This document shows, one piece after another, positions 1 through 12,200 of a DNA stretch of 64,000 nt (position 1 is its first letter; each line of letters starts with the position of its first letter). Both the position numbers and the translations under genes were made by a program. This stretch comes from Takakia lepidozioides (Eukaryota > Plantae > Bryophyta). The DNA is taken from NCBI GenBank assembly GCA_030704615.1, contig CM060732.1, positions 21,762,001 to 21,826,000 of the forward strand, given 5' to 3'. The notes under the pieces were generated by a model, which saw nothing but the letters and a program-made list of their open reading frames with translations, did not search any database and was not told the origin of the DNA.

Positions 1-2190
1 GGGTGAAACCTCAACTTCTTCCTTGCCCTCTCTGCTGGGCAAAGGCCCTTTTCACATGGCTTCTCCCCTCATGTCGTCCGAGGTTGAGTTCTGGCCGGAC
101 CCTTCGGATATCTTGGTCTCTGATGAGCCGATTCATTCCATTAACATGGAAACTGTCCGCTGTCAGACTTCTAAGATGCAAGCTAGGGGGGTTCTTCTCC
201 ACTTTCCTTGTCGTCTGAAGGATCGAGATTGGGTTAGAAAGTGGGTCCAGGAGCATTTGGGGGGTGAGGGTCAGCTACGCCAGCTCTTTTGTTTACCTAT
301 GGGCAGGGGTTTTTTTGCTGTCATGTTTGATTCTTAGGAAGCTGCGGATAGGGCCTTGTCCTTAAATCCTCGCATGTCTGTTCACAAGGTTCATATATTT
401 CCTTGGTCCTAGGATTGGGGTCACAAAAATGGGGTTTTTTGTCGCGTTGCATCATTTCTTTGCCTTACCTTCCCTGTCAGTACCTAGCTTCCCTTCCTGA
501 AATTGGCACTAGATTCGGTGACTATCTTGGCTGAAAATCGGGCACGTAGGGCCAATCTGGCAGGTTGAATCCACCCCGAATTGGAAGCTCAAACAGTGTG
601 CGGCAACGCACATTGTTTGAGCCCCCCGTTTGCCTTGTTTTTGGGTGTTTAAATAGTGCACAGAGGGGCCTGTCTGTCTGGTTCAATCCACCCCTATTTC
701 GAAATTCAAACAGTGTGCGCCAACGCACGCTGTTTGAGCCCCCCTTCTCATTGTTTTTTTCATAATAAAATCGTCCAGAGAGGGTATCTCTGTAAGGTTC
801 AATCCACACTAACCTGGCAGCTCAAACAGTGTGCGTCAACGCACACTGTTTTGACCCCCCTTGTAATTGTTTCTTTAATTTAACCCAGAAGCCACCAACT
901 CCATGGTTGCGGAGATGACAAACTGGGGTCCCCTTTCAAATATCAGCAGGATTGGGGATATTTCAGCCCCAAGATAGTGGTGTTAATGCCCGTGTCGGCA
1001 TTAGTTCCAAAAGCCATTAGACTTCCTTCTCTTGTTGCTCCATTTATTATTGTCGCCGTTTTTGAAGAGCAATTCTGCATGGTTTGTCATGGGTGTAATG
1101 GTGTAGGCCATTTTAAAGTTGACTATCATTTTTTGAAGAGAAAAAGAGAGATGGCAGCAGCTGCTGCTGCTGCCAATGCTGCTGTGGTTCCCCCTGTCTC
1201 GCTTCCCACTCCACCCCCTCCTCCCATCCCTCTTCTCTCCTCTCTTTTACTCATGTTAGCCATTAATCGAATGGCTGTGTCTTCTTCCTTCTCCGCGTCC
1301 CTCAAAGAGACAAAGGACTTCGGCCAAGCCTGTTGGCAAGTCCCCTTCTCCCTCTCCCCGTAAGATTACTCTTCCCCCCTCTGCCAACATCTCGCTCTTG
1401 GAAAAGGCTCTCCTGCCTCTAGTTTTTTCCATCTCTCATTTCTGGGAATCTACGGGTCCTAGTTTTCAGGACAGTCTGGCCTCTCACTGTCTTTGTCTTC
1501 GGTCCTTCAGTAATCTTCATTTGACCCCATGGTCTCCGGTTTCTAGGGTTAAAAAATGCAACGCCATCATCTCTATCACGTGTTTCAGGAGGTCATGGGC
1601 TATCCTCAAATTCTACTCACTGATCCGGTTTTGGGGCTGGCTACATCCTGGGTGACTCATGATGATTTTTTAGAATTCCCTGGCCCGGAGCAAACTGTGG
1701 ATCTGATCATAAAGAAAGTACACTCCATTTTCTCCTTGAATATGGGCTATTTGGCGTTGAATCCTGGGCTTACTCTGCACTTTGGTTCCTATTTGGTGGA
1801 TAACTCCAAGCACTCCACTTTTTCCACGGTTCAAGTGCTGGTGGCTTTAGAACAGCCTGAAGTTACTAAGCCTAGGGAAAATTTTGGGGGCTGTTGGTCT
1901 AATGGCAACTCTATCCTGTCTGATTTTGCGGCTTTGATAGATCCTTCGGAGCTTGCGCTGCCCATCAGGGCTCTGGATGTTGGTTGCCTTCTCATCAATG
2001 CCATCTCTGCAAAAAAAAACCAAGCTTAAAGGCAAACAATTGCTTATCGAGATGGACCCTGTTGATGGCAGCTCCCTAGGGGATTTTGATTCTTTTTTGG
2101 GACCCTTTCAGGAGTTCCCTCCGACTCCAGCTGGGTCTTTGGCCCCGGTACCCCTTCTGGCTGCGGACTTCCCTCCTTTGGTAATCTTCT
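1..2190 (+). pseudogene. L1-type LINE ORF1 (DUF4283-like region plus degenerate zinc knuckle), interrupted by a CACTA insertion at 521-979
   Basis: ORF 23..337 'WVRKWVQEHLG...MGRGFFAVMFDS' resembles plant L1 ORF1 DUF4283. ORF 977..1363 has 'CHGCNGVGHFKVDY', a degenerate CX2CX4HX4C. Stops and frameshifts throughout. Confidence 0.7.
521..979. mobile_element. Small non-autonomous CACTA (EnSpm) element
   Basis: Left end ACTATCTTGGCTGAAA (521-536, terminal C missing) is inverse to right end TTTCAGCCCCAAGATAGTG (961-979). GTG flanks both sides (518-520, 980-982). Three internal palindromes AAACAGTGTGCG-N4-CGCACxxTGTTT at ~591, ~708 and ~823. Confidence 0.75.
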
Positions 2191-2689
2191 GGGGGATGCT
2201 AGAGTGTGAGCCTAGCCACGTGAGCCCAGGAGCCTATGAGCCCAGGAGCCTGGCGTGAGCCCAGGACACGTGGCATGATTTTGGGAAAGATGCGGCGTCT
2301 ATTACCATGGAAGATGATCCATTACCGCAGAAACACGTCTTCATCCATATTAACCCTGCAACCCCAAACAGAAACCCCAACCCTTGTCAGCCTTAGGGAC
2401 CCACCTCAACCCCGACAGTGAACCTCGTCATCCCGCCCCTGTGCATGATACTGCGCACTGACATCATCCATAGGACCATCCATGCATGCAACATTCATCC
2501 ACAGTGTACATCCAATCGGGCTTCATCCATCCAAAAACATTCATCCTCCATCCATCCAACCAAATATTGGTGTGATGGCATATGTCGAATGACTGTCTAC
2601 TGGACTATGCAGATATTCATCTCTGTTGAAAAACTTTTATTGAATGCACACGGTTGAATTGGAGAGCAATGTTTAGAAGGAAACCACTT

Positions 2690-5009
2690 TCAAATTCGCA
2701 GGACGCAATGGACAGAATGTTTCAATTCAGGGATGTGAATTTCATTGTAGTCCGTGCTCATTACAACGGATGGTGGGAAGAGAAATGGTCGTGCAATGGA
2801 AAACGGAGAGTGTATCCCCTCATGTTCCATAAATGAATCTGCTGAACTGCTAGAAGTACTGCTACCACTTGAAACTGCTGCACTATCATCTATGAAGACC
2901 TTTGTGCGGAGGTGCCTAAGCGTCTTCCTGGAACTCCAATGCAAGGGTGGGGGAGAAAGCACAGCTGCTTGCACACGAGCAATGTCTTCCACGTAGTCGG
3001 GAAGGACATAATTAGGAGGTGGGCTCCAGCACAAGTCCCTCAAGTATATGGAAGACAGAGGCCACGGGAGTGCGTTCACATTCCTGCAATCAGAAATGCA
3101 CCATTTGGGTAATAATCAGACAACAGAAAGGGACGCAACAAAGCATATACACAGGGATCAAATAGACAGAAAATGAACTTACTCACATGAAAAGTCATTG
3201 TCCAGGTCCTTGTCGTCTCCGTCGAGGATATCAATTTGCGCAGTGACATCCTTCACATTGGAGGTAGACGAGCCCCCTTGCAACTCGGCGAGTAGGCCAG
3301 TGAAAATATCTGCATCTCCTTCCATACCAAACAAGTGTCTGCCACCTACTTTGCAAGCATGGTAAGAAGCGCTTGCAAGAGACAGAATGATGGAATTAGA
3401 GTTTTAGAATATTGAGTAAAGAAGGTGCAGAAGAAAAGAAATCGATGACAAAGGCAAGAAGAGAAACCTGTGCCGAGAGTGAGATCTATGATGCAGGCCC
3501 CTGGCCGAGAACAACTCTCAATGATCGTTTGGATAAAAGCCGGGCTTTTTTCACGGGGCCCTCTCCAAGGCGTTCCATTTGGCTTTCGCAAACATACGTT
3601 GGAGTGGACATATAGTTGTAGTGCATGTCGTCGACGACAGGATCGAACCTCTCATTTATGAAACATCCTCCCCCATGAAGCTCGAACTCCATCACTGTGG
3701 TGGGAGTCGACAGTGGATGTACCCTCATGAGACAGACGGCCTCAAATAGACGGGTCTGCGATGAAGAGGACAATAATTAGTGATGAATGTTTCATAGCAC
3801 ATCTGGGTGGGAGTGCAGACCCATTCCGGATGGAATGGGTTCAGAGTCATTGCTCATGCACCGCCATAACTGAGTGCGCTGAAGCACTCAATTCAGGCAG
3901 TGCGAACAGCATGATTTCATAACAGTTAGTACAGTGGAACTTCAACAGAGAAGGCATAAGAATAAAGTATTTGAAACGTACCTTCTGCCCTAGGCAATCC
4001 CCCTTCGTCAGATATAGGCTGTTGACACAGTTCCAGGTCTTTATAATCCGCATCCCCGAGGCTTTCAAGTAGCTTGCCAGCTTCCGGCGACATCCATCGT
4101 GACAGATTGTATGATAACAAGAACCCCTGCATCGGAAAGGAAAAACTTGCAAAAGGAAAACACCCAACTCCAATACCTCTCGTCAAATTTGTTCCATGTT
4201 GGGCAGGATGCCCATCCGGAATGTCCACAATAACCATCTCCGAAGCAAACGGTTTCTGTGCACCATTCACCCAAGATTCCTTCCCCCTCCATGCCTACAA
4301 GCAATATAGCGTGTAAGAAGGTTTTATAAGCGACATATCTGATCCGAGTAAAAATAAAACAAAGAAAACAAAACTCAAACACATGCATGATAATTGCTTA
4401 CCGATTGGAGAAAAGCACATAGCTTGTCCCACGTTTTGGAAGGATCACCACTGTAATTTGACTTCCTTGTCTCCATCATGGCCAGGAACCCGTCGTTTAT
4501 CAGCTCGCACATGCCTGGAAAAATGATTCTGGATGGGTGCTCCATTGCATCGTAGGGCTCTTTTAGACCCTTCTTCTTTCGGTCAGGCTTTTTGGCTGGG
4601 GGTGGGGTCTGCACTGGCCCCGGTTGCACCACGGACTCCTTCTCATTCTCATTCGGATGTTTTTCTGCCCCTTTACCTTCCCTTTCCCTTTGTCCTTTCT
4701 AGGCTTGATTGGCGTATTTTGTGCAAGAGGCTCTTTCTCAGCCAATATCCTCAAGTTTCTCTCGTGCAACTCCTTCTCCGTCAGAGGGGCCAAGGCCTCT
4801 GCATTCTCGTTTTGATTTCGGGTCACAAGCTCAGACCAAGGGCATCCAGACCATGGGATATCCATATACCAGCAGCAGTCTCGAAGATGTGAGGTCCCGT
4901 AATCCTTCAAAATCCCTGCAGTGTACATTGTCTGAGTGTTGGATGGGTCACACCATAGATCAATAAAGTGCGGGTGTCGACTCAGGTTCTTGCCTGGAAT
5001 GAGAACGTT
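2690..5009 (-). pseudogene. 3' exons of a spliced gene encoding a beta-class N4-cytosine/N6-adenine DNA methyltransferase-like domain (N6_N4_Mtase family)
   Basis: Motif IV-like VIVDIPDG (4234-4211), then 'WNKFDERYWSWVFSFCKFFLSDAGVLVII...LASYLKASGMRIIKTW'. Motif X/I region 'REKSPAFIQTIIESCSRPGACIIDLTLGTG' (3560-3468) continues after an intron as 'ASYHACKVGGRHLFGMEGD' (3371-3310), matching KP-x-L...S.PG..VLDPF.GSG..A...GR..G.E. GT-AG introns at ~4401-4339, 3981-3756 and 3467-3372. Several frameshifts. Confidence 0.75.
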
Positions 5010-5372
5010 CTTACACAATCAAAACAGAGGGAATGTTCACTAGAAGCATTCGTGTCATTTACCACTGGGGTAACGACTCATTTTGAGTCGTAAAAGTCAA
5101 AAAACCGGGATCAACTCGAAGTTACAAACGACTAGTTACAACAGACGTGGAAGTTGGGTCGGATATCCAATGATTGGAGTGGTAAAACACGCAGACGCGC
5201 GAACAACTGCTCAACAATTATTGCGATTAATGTTGAAGAACCACGTGGCGTAACCATGAGAGGGAAAAATAGGCTGAAATAGGTCAAAGAAGAAGGTGCC
5301 CTCACCACATTGTCCTCGACCTTGTGTCATGACCCATGGAGGATTTGACTGACCATGCACCCAAGAGGACCT

Positions 5373-6434
5373 TGTCAGGCGGCTTTTACTCACCCATCCC
5401 TTCGCTATCCGAGGGGGAAACTCCAAGATAGAAGAGTTGGATATCTCTAAGCACTCAGCCCGCGTAGAACAATCAGTCATGACCTGCAGCTAGTGAATCA
5501 TGGTTGGGTTTCCAATTTATATTCCTTCTTACTTTCATATTCTCAGTTCTTCTTTACCAAGTACATTTAAGCGTCAGATTGTTCCTTTGACCCTCTGATT
5601 CCATTCATACACAGCTTCACTCAAGTCTCTCTACACAAGGTGTTTGTATCGGATAAGAATCAGATTAATGATAATCAGATACATGTTGATGCCACAGTTT
5701 CTCTAATCTACCTTTCTATGTAATTCTACAGCTTCTACTAACTAAGTCGCAATTGTCTCCTCCTCCTCTCTGTAGTATCATCATCATTCCTCTTCTCTCC
5801 CCATCTCCCTCCGTCCGTCCTCTGTGATGTCCCCCCAGGATTCCCCAAACAGTGATCCCTTTCCAGTCCCCGCTACTGGCTTTATCTTCCTACCCGTTGT
5901 TCTAACCGTTTCCCTCACTAACCGTCATCCGTGAACTAACATGTTCCATTCGCAGATGTTGTTCCCCGCAGTCGTTCCCTGTCCTGCTATCCGTTCCCTA
6001 TGGTCGTGACAGCTCTGTCAAGCTGTGACTGGCTGTGTGAAACTATGACGGGCTGTGACTGGCTGTGCGACTGTGTTGGGCTGTGTCAGGCAGTGTCGAG
6101 CTGTGACTGGCTGTGCGACTGTGTCGGGCTGTGATGCGCTGTGCGGGCTGTGTTGGGCAAGAAATCAATTTGAGGTACAGCTCAAGCATCTCCATCAAGC
6201 AGTCACAGAACTCGGGCACGCACACAGAGCCCTACAAGGAACTCTCAATAGCAGAAATGTGTTCGTTCACAAAGGGTTGCTGATCCTAAACAGTAAACCG
6301 TGAGGACACGGCTTTTTGAGATGGAAATGGGTAATGTTAGAGGACTGTCTGGGACTTAGGCACTTTTATGGGTTCTGTGGGGTCTGGGACCACTTTTATG
6401 GGTTCCAAGGGGTACCCTTATTTTTACATAGACT
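5373..6434 (-). repeat. 3' LTR of the gypsy element; distal U3 part and PPT (~6156-6434) locally inverted
   Basis: 5373-~6060 matches 18303-~18985. 6335-6434 is the reverse complement of ~19052-19158 and is preceded on + by a purine tract GAGATGGAAATGGGTAA. Confidence 0.85.
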
Positions 6435-7244
6435 TTGATTGAACAGGCTGTAATTGCTCAGACATAGGAGATCCCCGTCGTCTTTTGTCCATCATTGAGT
6501 TTTCATATTCTTCCCATATGTCAAAAGATTTCTCTGAAGATTCAATTGTAGTGTCTGAATCGTCCTCAGTTCTGCGGTTTTTTGGTTTTCTGATCTTCTT
6601 TGGTTTCTGAGGAATGATGATTGGCATGTTGTGTCTGACCTTTGGGGCTGACTTTGACTTTTCCCTCCAAATGAGTAGACTGACTCACCGGAGCGCGGTG
6701 ACACATGGACGCGGACGTGGACGACGATGTGGACGCCGACATGGCGGCACCACGGCGAGCAGCACTGCTGCCACATGGCCACGGACTCGGGGCGCCACGT
6801 AGTAGTTGACCACATAACTTGCAGTGCTACATGCCCAGTGGCAACTGCGACTGCGGAAGTCGGCGCAACCACTGCTTTACTACTTTAAATGAAGTGCTCG
6901 AAATTACTTGAACAATCACTCATAGTGGTTCATGCTTTGAAGTTTTGGTGTTTGTAATGAGCCGACTAGTACATGCGCATGTAATGCCATACAAGAGAAC
7001 TAATCATGTCATTAGAAATGCGAAAACAATGAAAGACATGCCATGAAACAAAACAAAATGAAAATGAAATGAAATGAAACAAATGGTACTTTATTACATC
7101 TGCGGAAAGCTCAAAGAGCTTATGATACAAAATGAAAAAACCAACGTAAAAAAGCAGCCCAAAGCTACTACCTCTCTGGGGATTGCCTAAGGGTCAAGGC
7201 CTCATGCAGGTAAGCTGCCAAGCAATTGTGATCCTCATAATGCA

Positions 7245-8228
7245 AGGCTCAGTGACAGATTGAGTCCCACGGAATAGACCATCTACCCATGCAGGTTTCT
7301 TATAGCTATTGATCCACAGGGAATCATAGGTAATCTTGTGCTTGAAATCTGACCTTCTTGGATGAATCTGGACCCACACTCTCTTTGCTCCTTCAGCTAC
7401 ACATGCCTCTGCACAAATCATCATTCATCCTTGCCTCGCTGCTAGTAGCTGATATGCGTCTGCTAGTCTATGAAATGTAACAGGCATTCACCTTTTTGAT
7501 CTACCCATGCAGGTTTGTTGTAGCTATAGAGTCAATCTGGAGCTTGAAGCCCGGCCAGGCTCTTGGGTGAATCTGCACCCACACTCTATCCCTGCTCCTT
7601 CAACTATCTATACCTCTGCACAAATCATGCATATATCATTGTCTTGTTGCTAGTAGCTGATGATGACAGCCTATATTTGTTCTTACACCCCAACCCTATT
7701 TGGAAAAACAGGCTGAAATGTGTTGAGGAAGGGTTCATTAGCAGCACCTCATTCTATCAATTGTGCTGCCGCTACTGTTTCCACTTGCAACAATTGACCA
7801 TCTACTCCAGCTGATTTCTTTTCGCTATTGATACCTCAGCCTGAACCTGAACATGAATCTGGACCTCTATCCCTGGTCCCTCAGCTATCCCTGCCCGTGT
7901 ACAGATCATGAATACATCCCTCAGCCTTGCTGCTAGCAGCTGATAGTGGCGGCACCCCAACCTAGGACTTAACAGTAGTTCCAATTCTGAATTGCAACTA
8001 CTTCTCTCTGTAGTCGAACAAGCACTCACCTTTTTGTCTCCATTGTCCCCCTATTGAGTGGGGTCGGAGAGTGTTCATCCCAAAGCTTCTCTTCATCTTG
8101 TTATTTGTTTTTGGGTACTTTCCTGCTACCACATCAGCAGTAACTTGTCAAAGTCACTCCTAACCACCCCACATCCACCCAACGAGCTAACTTACAGCAT
8201 TCAATATGTAAATTAAGGGCTGGGTCTG
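7245..8228 (-). pseudogene. Copy of the OSB-PDF-motif cargo sequence inside the gypsy element
   Basis: 'WVQIHPRRSDFKHKITYDSLWINSYKKPAWVDG' and 'HIECCKLARWVDVGW' match cargo copies at 20460-20920. Confidence 0.75.
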
Positions 8229-11200
8229 TATAAATGAGAGGCGTTCCGATTACTTGGGAAGTGTGTAAATACCTCCAGGCTGCTTGGCCCTTAGTAAAAA
8301 TATCTTCAAAGCTGAATCTTTCTTTGGCCAAGATGTTCCAAGCCAAGTTAAACCATGAACGAAGTTGTGAATCATTCTGCAACATGGTTTTTACATCATA
8401 TAAGTACGTATGATGTGGCACTGATGGTAAGATCCAATGATCGCCACTGGAATAACTCAGAAATCTGCATTGCATCTTCTGCTGTTCAACGTGATAACGT
8501 GCAATGAAACAAGCAGTGTAATATACTCCACAGCCCATGACCAAACTGGCTACCTCCTTGGTCTTGGTGTGAATGTGCCCATGAACAACTTGGAAGGCAA
8601 TTAACTCCTTTAACATGGTGCCTGCCTCAGACCAGTACCGCGCAAAATGATGATCCTCAATGAGCTGATTCATTGCAAGAACTTTAGTCCGAGTGGCCAC
8701 TGGCAACCAAATGCGCATTATTTGGTAGTAATGTGCAAATGATTGCGGAGGAGCAAATTCGTTCCAAGCTAAATCCAAGACATTGGGGATGTCGTTGAAT
8801 GGCATGATCATAGCTCGATTGTATTGCAGTGCAGCAGGAGTCCTTGGTGGGTGGAAAGCAGCATCTCCCCATACCTCTGACTGTGTGGTTGTTGTAACAA
8901 CAGGTTCAATCACCTGCACTGCCACCTGCTGTGGTATTGGTACCACTGGCCCTTCCACCACTGGTGCCTCCTGTACCTCTTTTCAAGAAGATTGGAAAAT
9001 AAGCGCTCTGGCCTTCAAGTAAGTATCCATTAGGTGTTCTTCAGGAATCATGAGCCTCTTGTCAATGTTTGAACTCAAGTCATCCACTTGAGTCTGCAGT
9101 GTATCCACATCCTCCTGTAGCTCTGCTATCCTACTATAGACATTGTCTATAGTAGGTGTAGCAATATTTTGCACTTGCTGTCTGAGGTCATTCATCTCTT
9201 CCTGGGTGAGTTTCCTCGGTACTCTCCCTTCAATTGGCCCTTGTGCTAACCAGACCTTCATAAGGTGATCATCCACTCTGTCCTGTGTAGCACTCCTGAG
9301 ATTCTGCTCCTCCTGGAGTCTGTAGGCACTTAACTGCTGCTGTAAACCTTGCATGCGCTTCGCATGAGGTTCAACTAGGCTTGCATAGGCAGCAGCCAGA
9401 TTGTTGGCTTCCTTCCCTGCCTTGTTAGCAACAGATAGTTGATTCATATTGGCCATTACTGTGTGTTGCAACTCCAGGATGTACTTCTCTTGGTTTGTTT
9501 CAACCTGTTTGTATTGCTGCAAAGCACCCTCGTTGCGACATATTGTATCTTTCAGGTTCACAATGAGTTTGGCTTGCTTCACTACCTCAGTTTCTGCCAT
9601 TACACATCTCTCCCTCTGCTTGTTGGCTTCTGTTGTGGCTTGCTCTAGAACATTTGTGAGGGTGGCACATTGCACTGCATGTTGTACCTTCACTCCTTGC
9701 ATCTCATCCTCATGCTTGGTCTGCAATTGGAATAATTGTTGCTTGTGTGTCTCCTGCAGCTGGTCTTGCTCTAGACCCCCCTCAATCAATTGCTCCTTAG
9801 CGAATTGCAAAGTAGCCCTTGTTTCCCCTAACTCATGTTGTAACTTCAGATGAACTTTTTCATCAATCTTGTTAACACACTGAGTGGCCAACCGAGCTTC
9901 AAACTCTTTTCTGAGCTCCTCTTTCATAGCTTCCAATTGAGTTAATGGAACATGGGACTTCACATAAGTTCCCAACAAATTCAGGGTTCTGTTTATGGAA
10001 TTCATAAGCATAGCCTGCTGGGGGTCATCATGGTGAACTTGCTGCTGTTCACCCACATCTTCCATAGGATGATGCCTTACAAACCACTCAGGCCACTGCT
10101 CGACCAGATCCTCTTTCTCAACCCCCTTCTTATCCACAGGTGTTGTTGTGTCATTAAGTTCTACTTCTGGAACCTCCTCCATAGGTGTGGGTAATACATG
10201 CATAGTAGGGCTTTCCCTGTACAGACTTTGCACTTCCGGTACCACTGTTTCCCTGTCCAAGCTAGAGTTTTCATAAAGAAGGTCCCCCTTCTCAATTTCT
10301 GCCACCACCTGTTCTGTAGTGGGGATATCTAACCCTTCTTTCTCCAAATCAATTATTTGTGGTGGAACTGCATGGACAATTTGTGGTAACTCCGTGACAA
10401 GCCGATCATCTGGCTGTGATGGCTGTGATACTGAAGTAACCTCATGTTCTCTCTCCACAAGTTGCGTTGTCTGTACCCACATTTCTCTGTGCTGCTGTGC
10501 CCCCTCTTGCACAAGAGTATGAGTAACTTCTTCCTATGTCTGTCTCGTAGCCAATGGTTCTGCTTCTAATGTGATCCCTTTCCTCTGCCTCTTAGGCTGT
10601 TGATGCTCTGCCAATCCCCCTTCACCCTGTGAAGAACCTTGCTCTTCTATGGCAGTGGTTGTTGTCTCAAACACTCCCATCTCGTTCCTTTCTCTCGCAT
10701 CAAGTATGCACGAGTCTAGAAAAATTTGTGCAATGATTGGCCCAGACACTATGATAGAAGACTTTGCGGCAGTGCCTTGTAATCTCTTCATCTCCTCTAC
10801 CAGTCCGTTGTACATTATATCCGCCCATGCTACCTCTTCTCCTCTCAGGGCTTTGAGTATTTCCTCTGTGAAGGATCTGCTCAAGTACTGTTGGTTCTGT
10901 TTCATGGCAAACAGAACGTTCAGTATCTGGCCTACCTCCCTTGGCCCTGGGTACACGGCCTTGGTACAAGTATAACCCTGAGTTTTAAAGAAACTCCCTT
11001 CTTGGAATAAGTCCCCTATTTGCAGTCTTGCCCTGTGCTCCTCCACATGCACCTGACCTGATGGCAATTCAAACAATTGCTGTAGGTATAGGGGAGTAAC
11101 TTATAATTCAACTCCCTTCACCGTTGTTGCTCCTTTCCTAGGCTCAAAGTTCTGCAAGAATTGTAACATGTACTGCCTATGGTGCAATGTCCAATATTTG

Positions 11201-11240
11201 CTTTGCAATCCTTCTAATCGCAGCTTTGTGCCCTGCAGAC
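8134..11240 (-). pseudogene. Extra ~1000-aa ORF downstream of pol (N-terminal helical domain, central coiled coil), broken by premature stops
   Basis: ORFs 10534..11076, 8983..10512 and 8134..8961 are in one frame, each separated by a single stop. Glu/Gln-rich heptad region. Same orientation as gag-pol, and it lies between integrase and the 3' LTR. Confidence 0.7.
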
Positions 11241-12012
11241 ATTTCTTCAATTGTTACAGCCAAAACCTTTCTGTGGGTCTACAATGAAGAGAGTGAGAGG
11301 AATGGAAGAAATCAGGGTGAAGAGCACCACAATCCTGCAGAAACAAACGATTGCTACTCCACAGGCGGTACAGTTAGTGAAGGAGCTGTGGCCGGCGGAA
11401 GAAATGACGGAAGCCAGTTTAGAAATGGACACGTGGAAGTCAGGGCGCGACACACAGCTGAGAAGGAAGTGCAAGAATAGGTGTCATCAAGAAAGAAGAC
11501 AAGAGTGGCCGTCAAAGTACCTACTTAGCACGTCAATTCGGATGAATGGCGGGCCCATTAATGAATACGGAAAAAGGGTAACGGAACAAACGACAAGTAC
11601 AGAAAAGCGAAATTCTTGTCACATGTATTATCCTAGTGGACAGTCCAGCAGGGAAAGTCCACTAAAGAAAATTAAATCTAAAATCCAGTCACAGCGGTTA
11701 CAGCGAATCATAAGCCAGAAGCAGGATCAAGAAATTGGAGGGATTTTAAGCGCAAAAGTCGGCGTCATTCCAAGTAACGGGCGTCTCGACGGGACAGACC
11801 ATCAATGCTATAGCTTTGAAGCTATGGAGGAACTAACAGACTATACGCTCGCAATATTACTTACGCAGTGGCATAGGGACGGAAGAACAGAGCGTATCTT
11901 TTCTCTTAATCGTTGCTTGCAAGCCCCACAGGCTTACAAGAAATTACCCATAGCATTTTGTAACAACCTGCGTCCACCTGTCACTGATCTTATGGACTGT
12001 GTAATTCTGGTA

Positions 12013-12200
12013 GGCTGTGTTAGACTGTGACAGGCTGTGTCGCACTGTGTTAGGCTGTGTGCGACTGTGTGACACTGTGCTGGGCTGTGATAGGTTGTGT
12101 GACCCTGTGTTGAGCTGTGATAGGCTGTGTGACCCTGTGTTGGGCTGTGATAGGCTGTGTGATCCTGTGTTGGACTGTGATAGCTGTTCGAACACCTGTG
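12013..12200 (+). repeat. CTGTG-based minisatellite (~30-bp unit GACCCTGTGTTGGGCTGTGATAGGCTGTGT); related tracts in both LTRs (6020-6155, 18940-19050)
   Basis: Directly visible tandem repeat. Confidence 0.9.

Noticed and set aside
2690-5009. Bacterial contamination as the source of the methyltransferase
   Set aside because: The gene has GT-AG introns and is interleaved with plant TEs that have intact TSDs.
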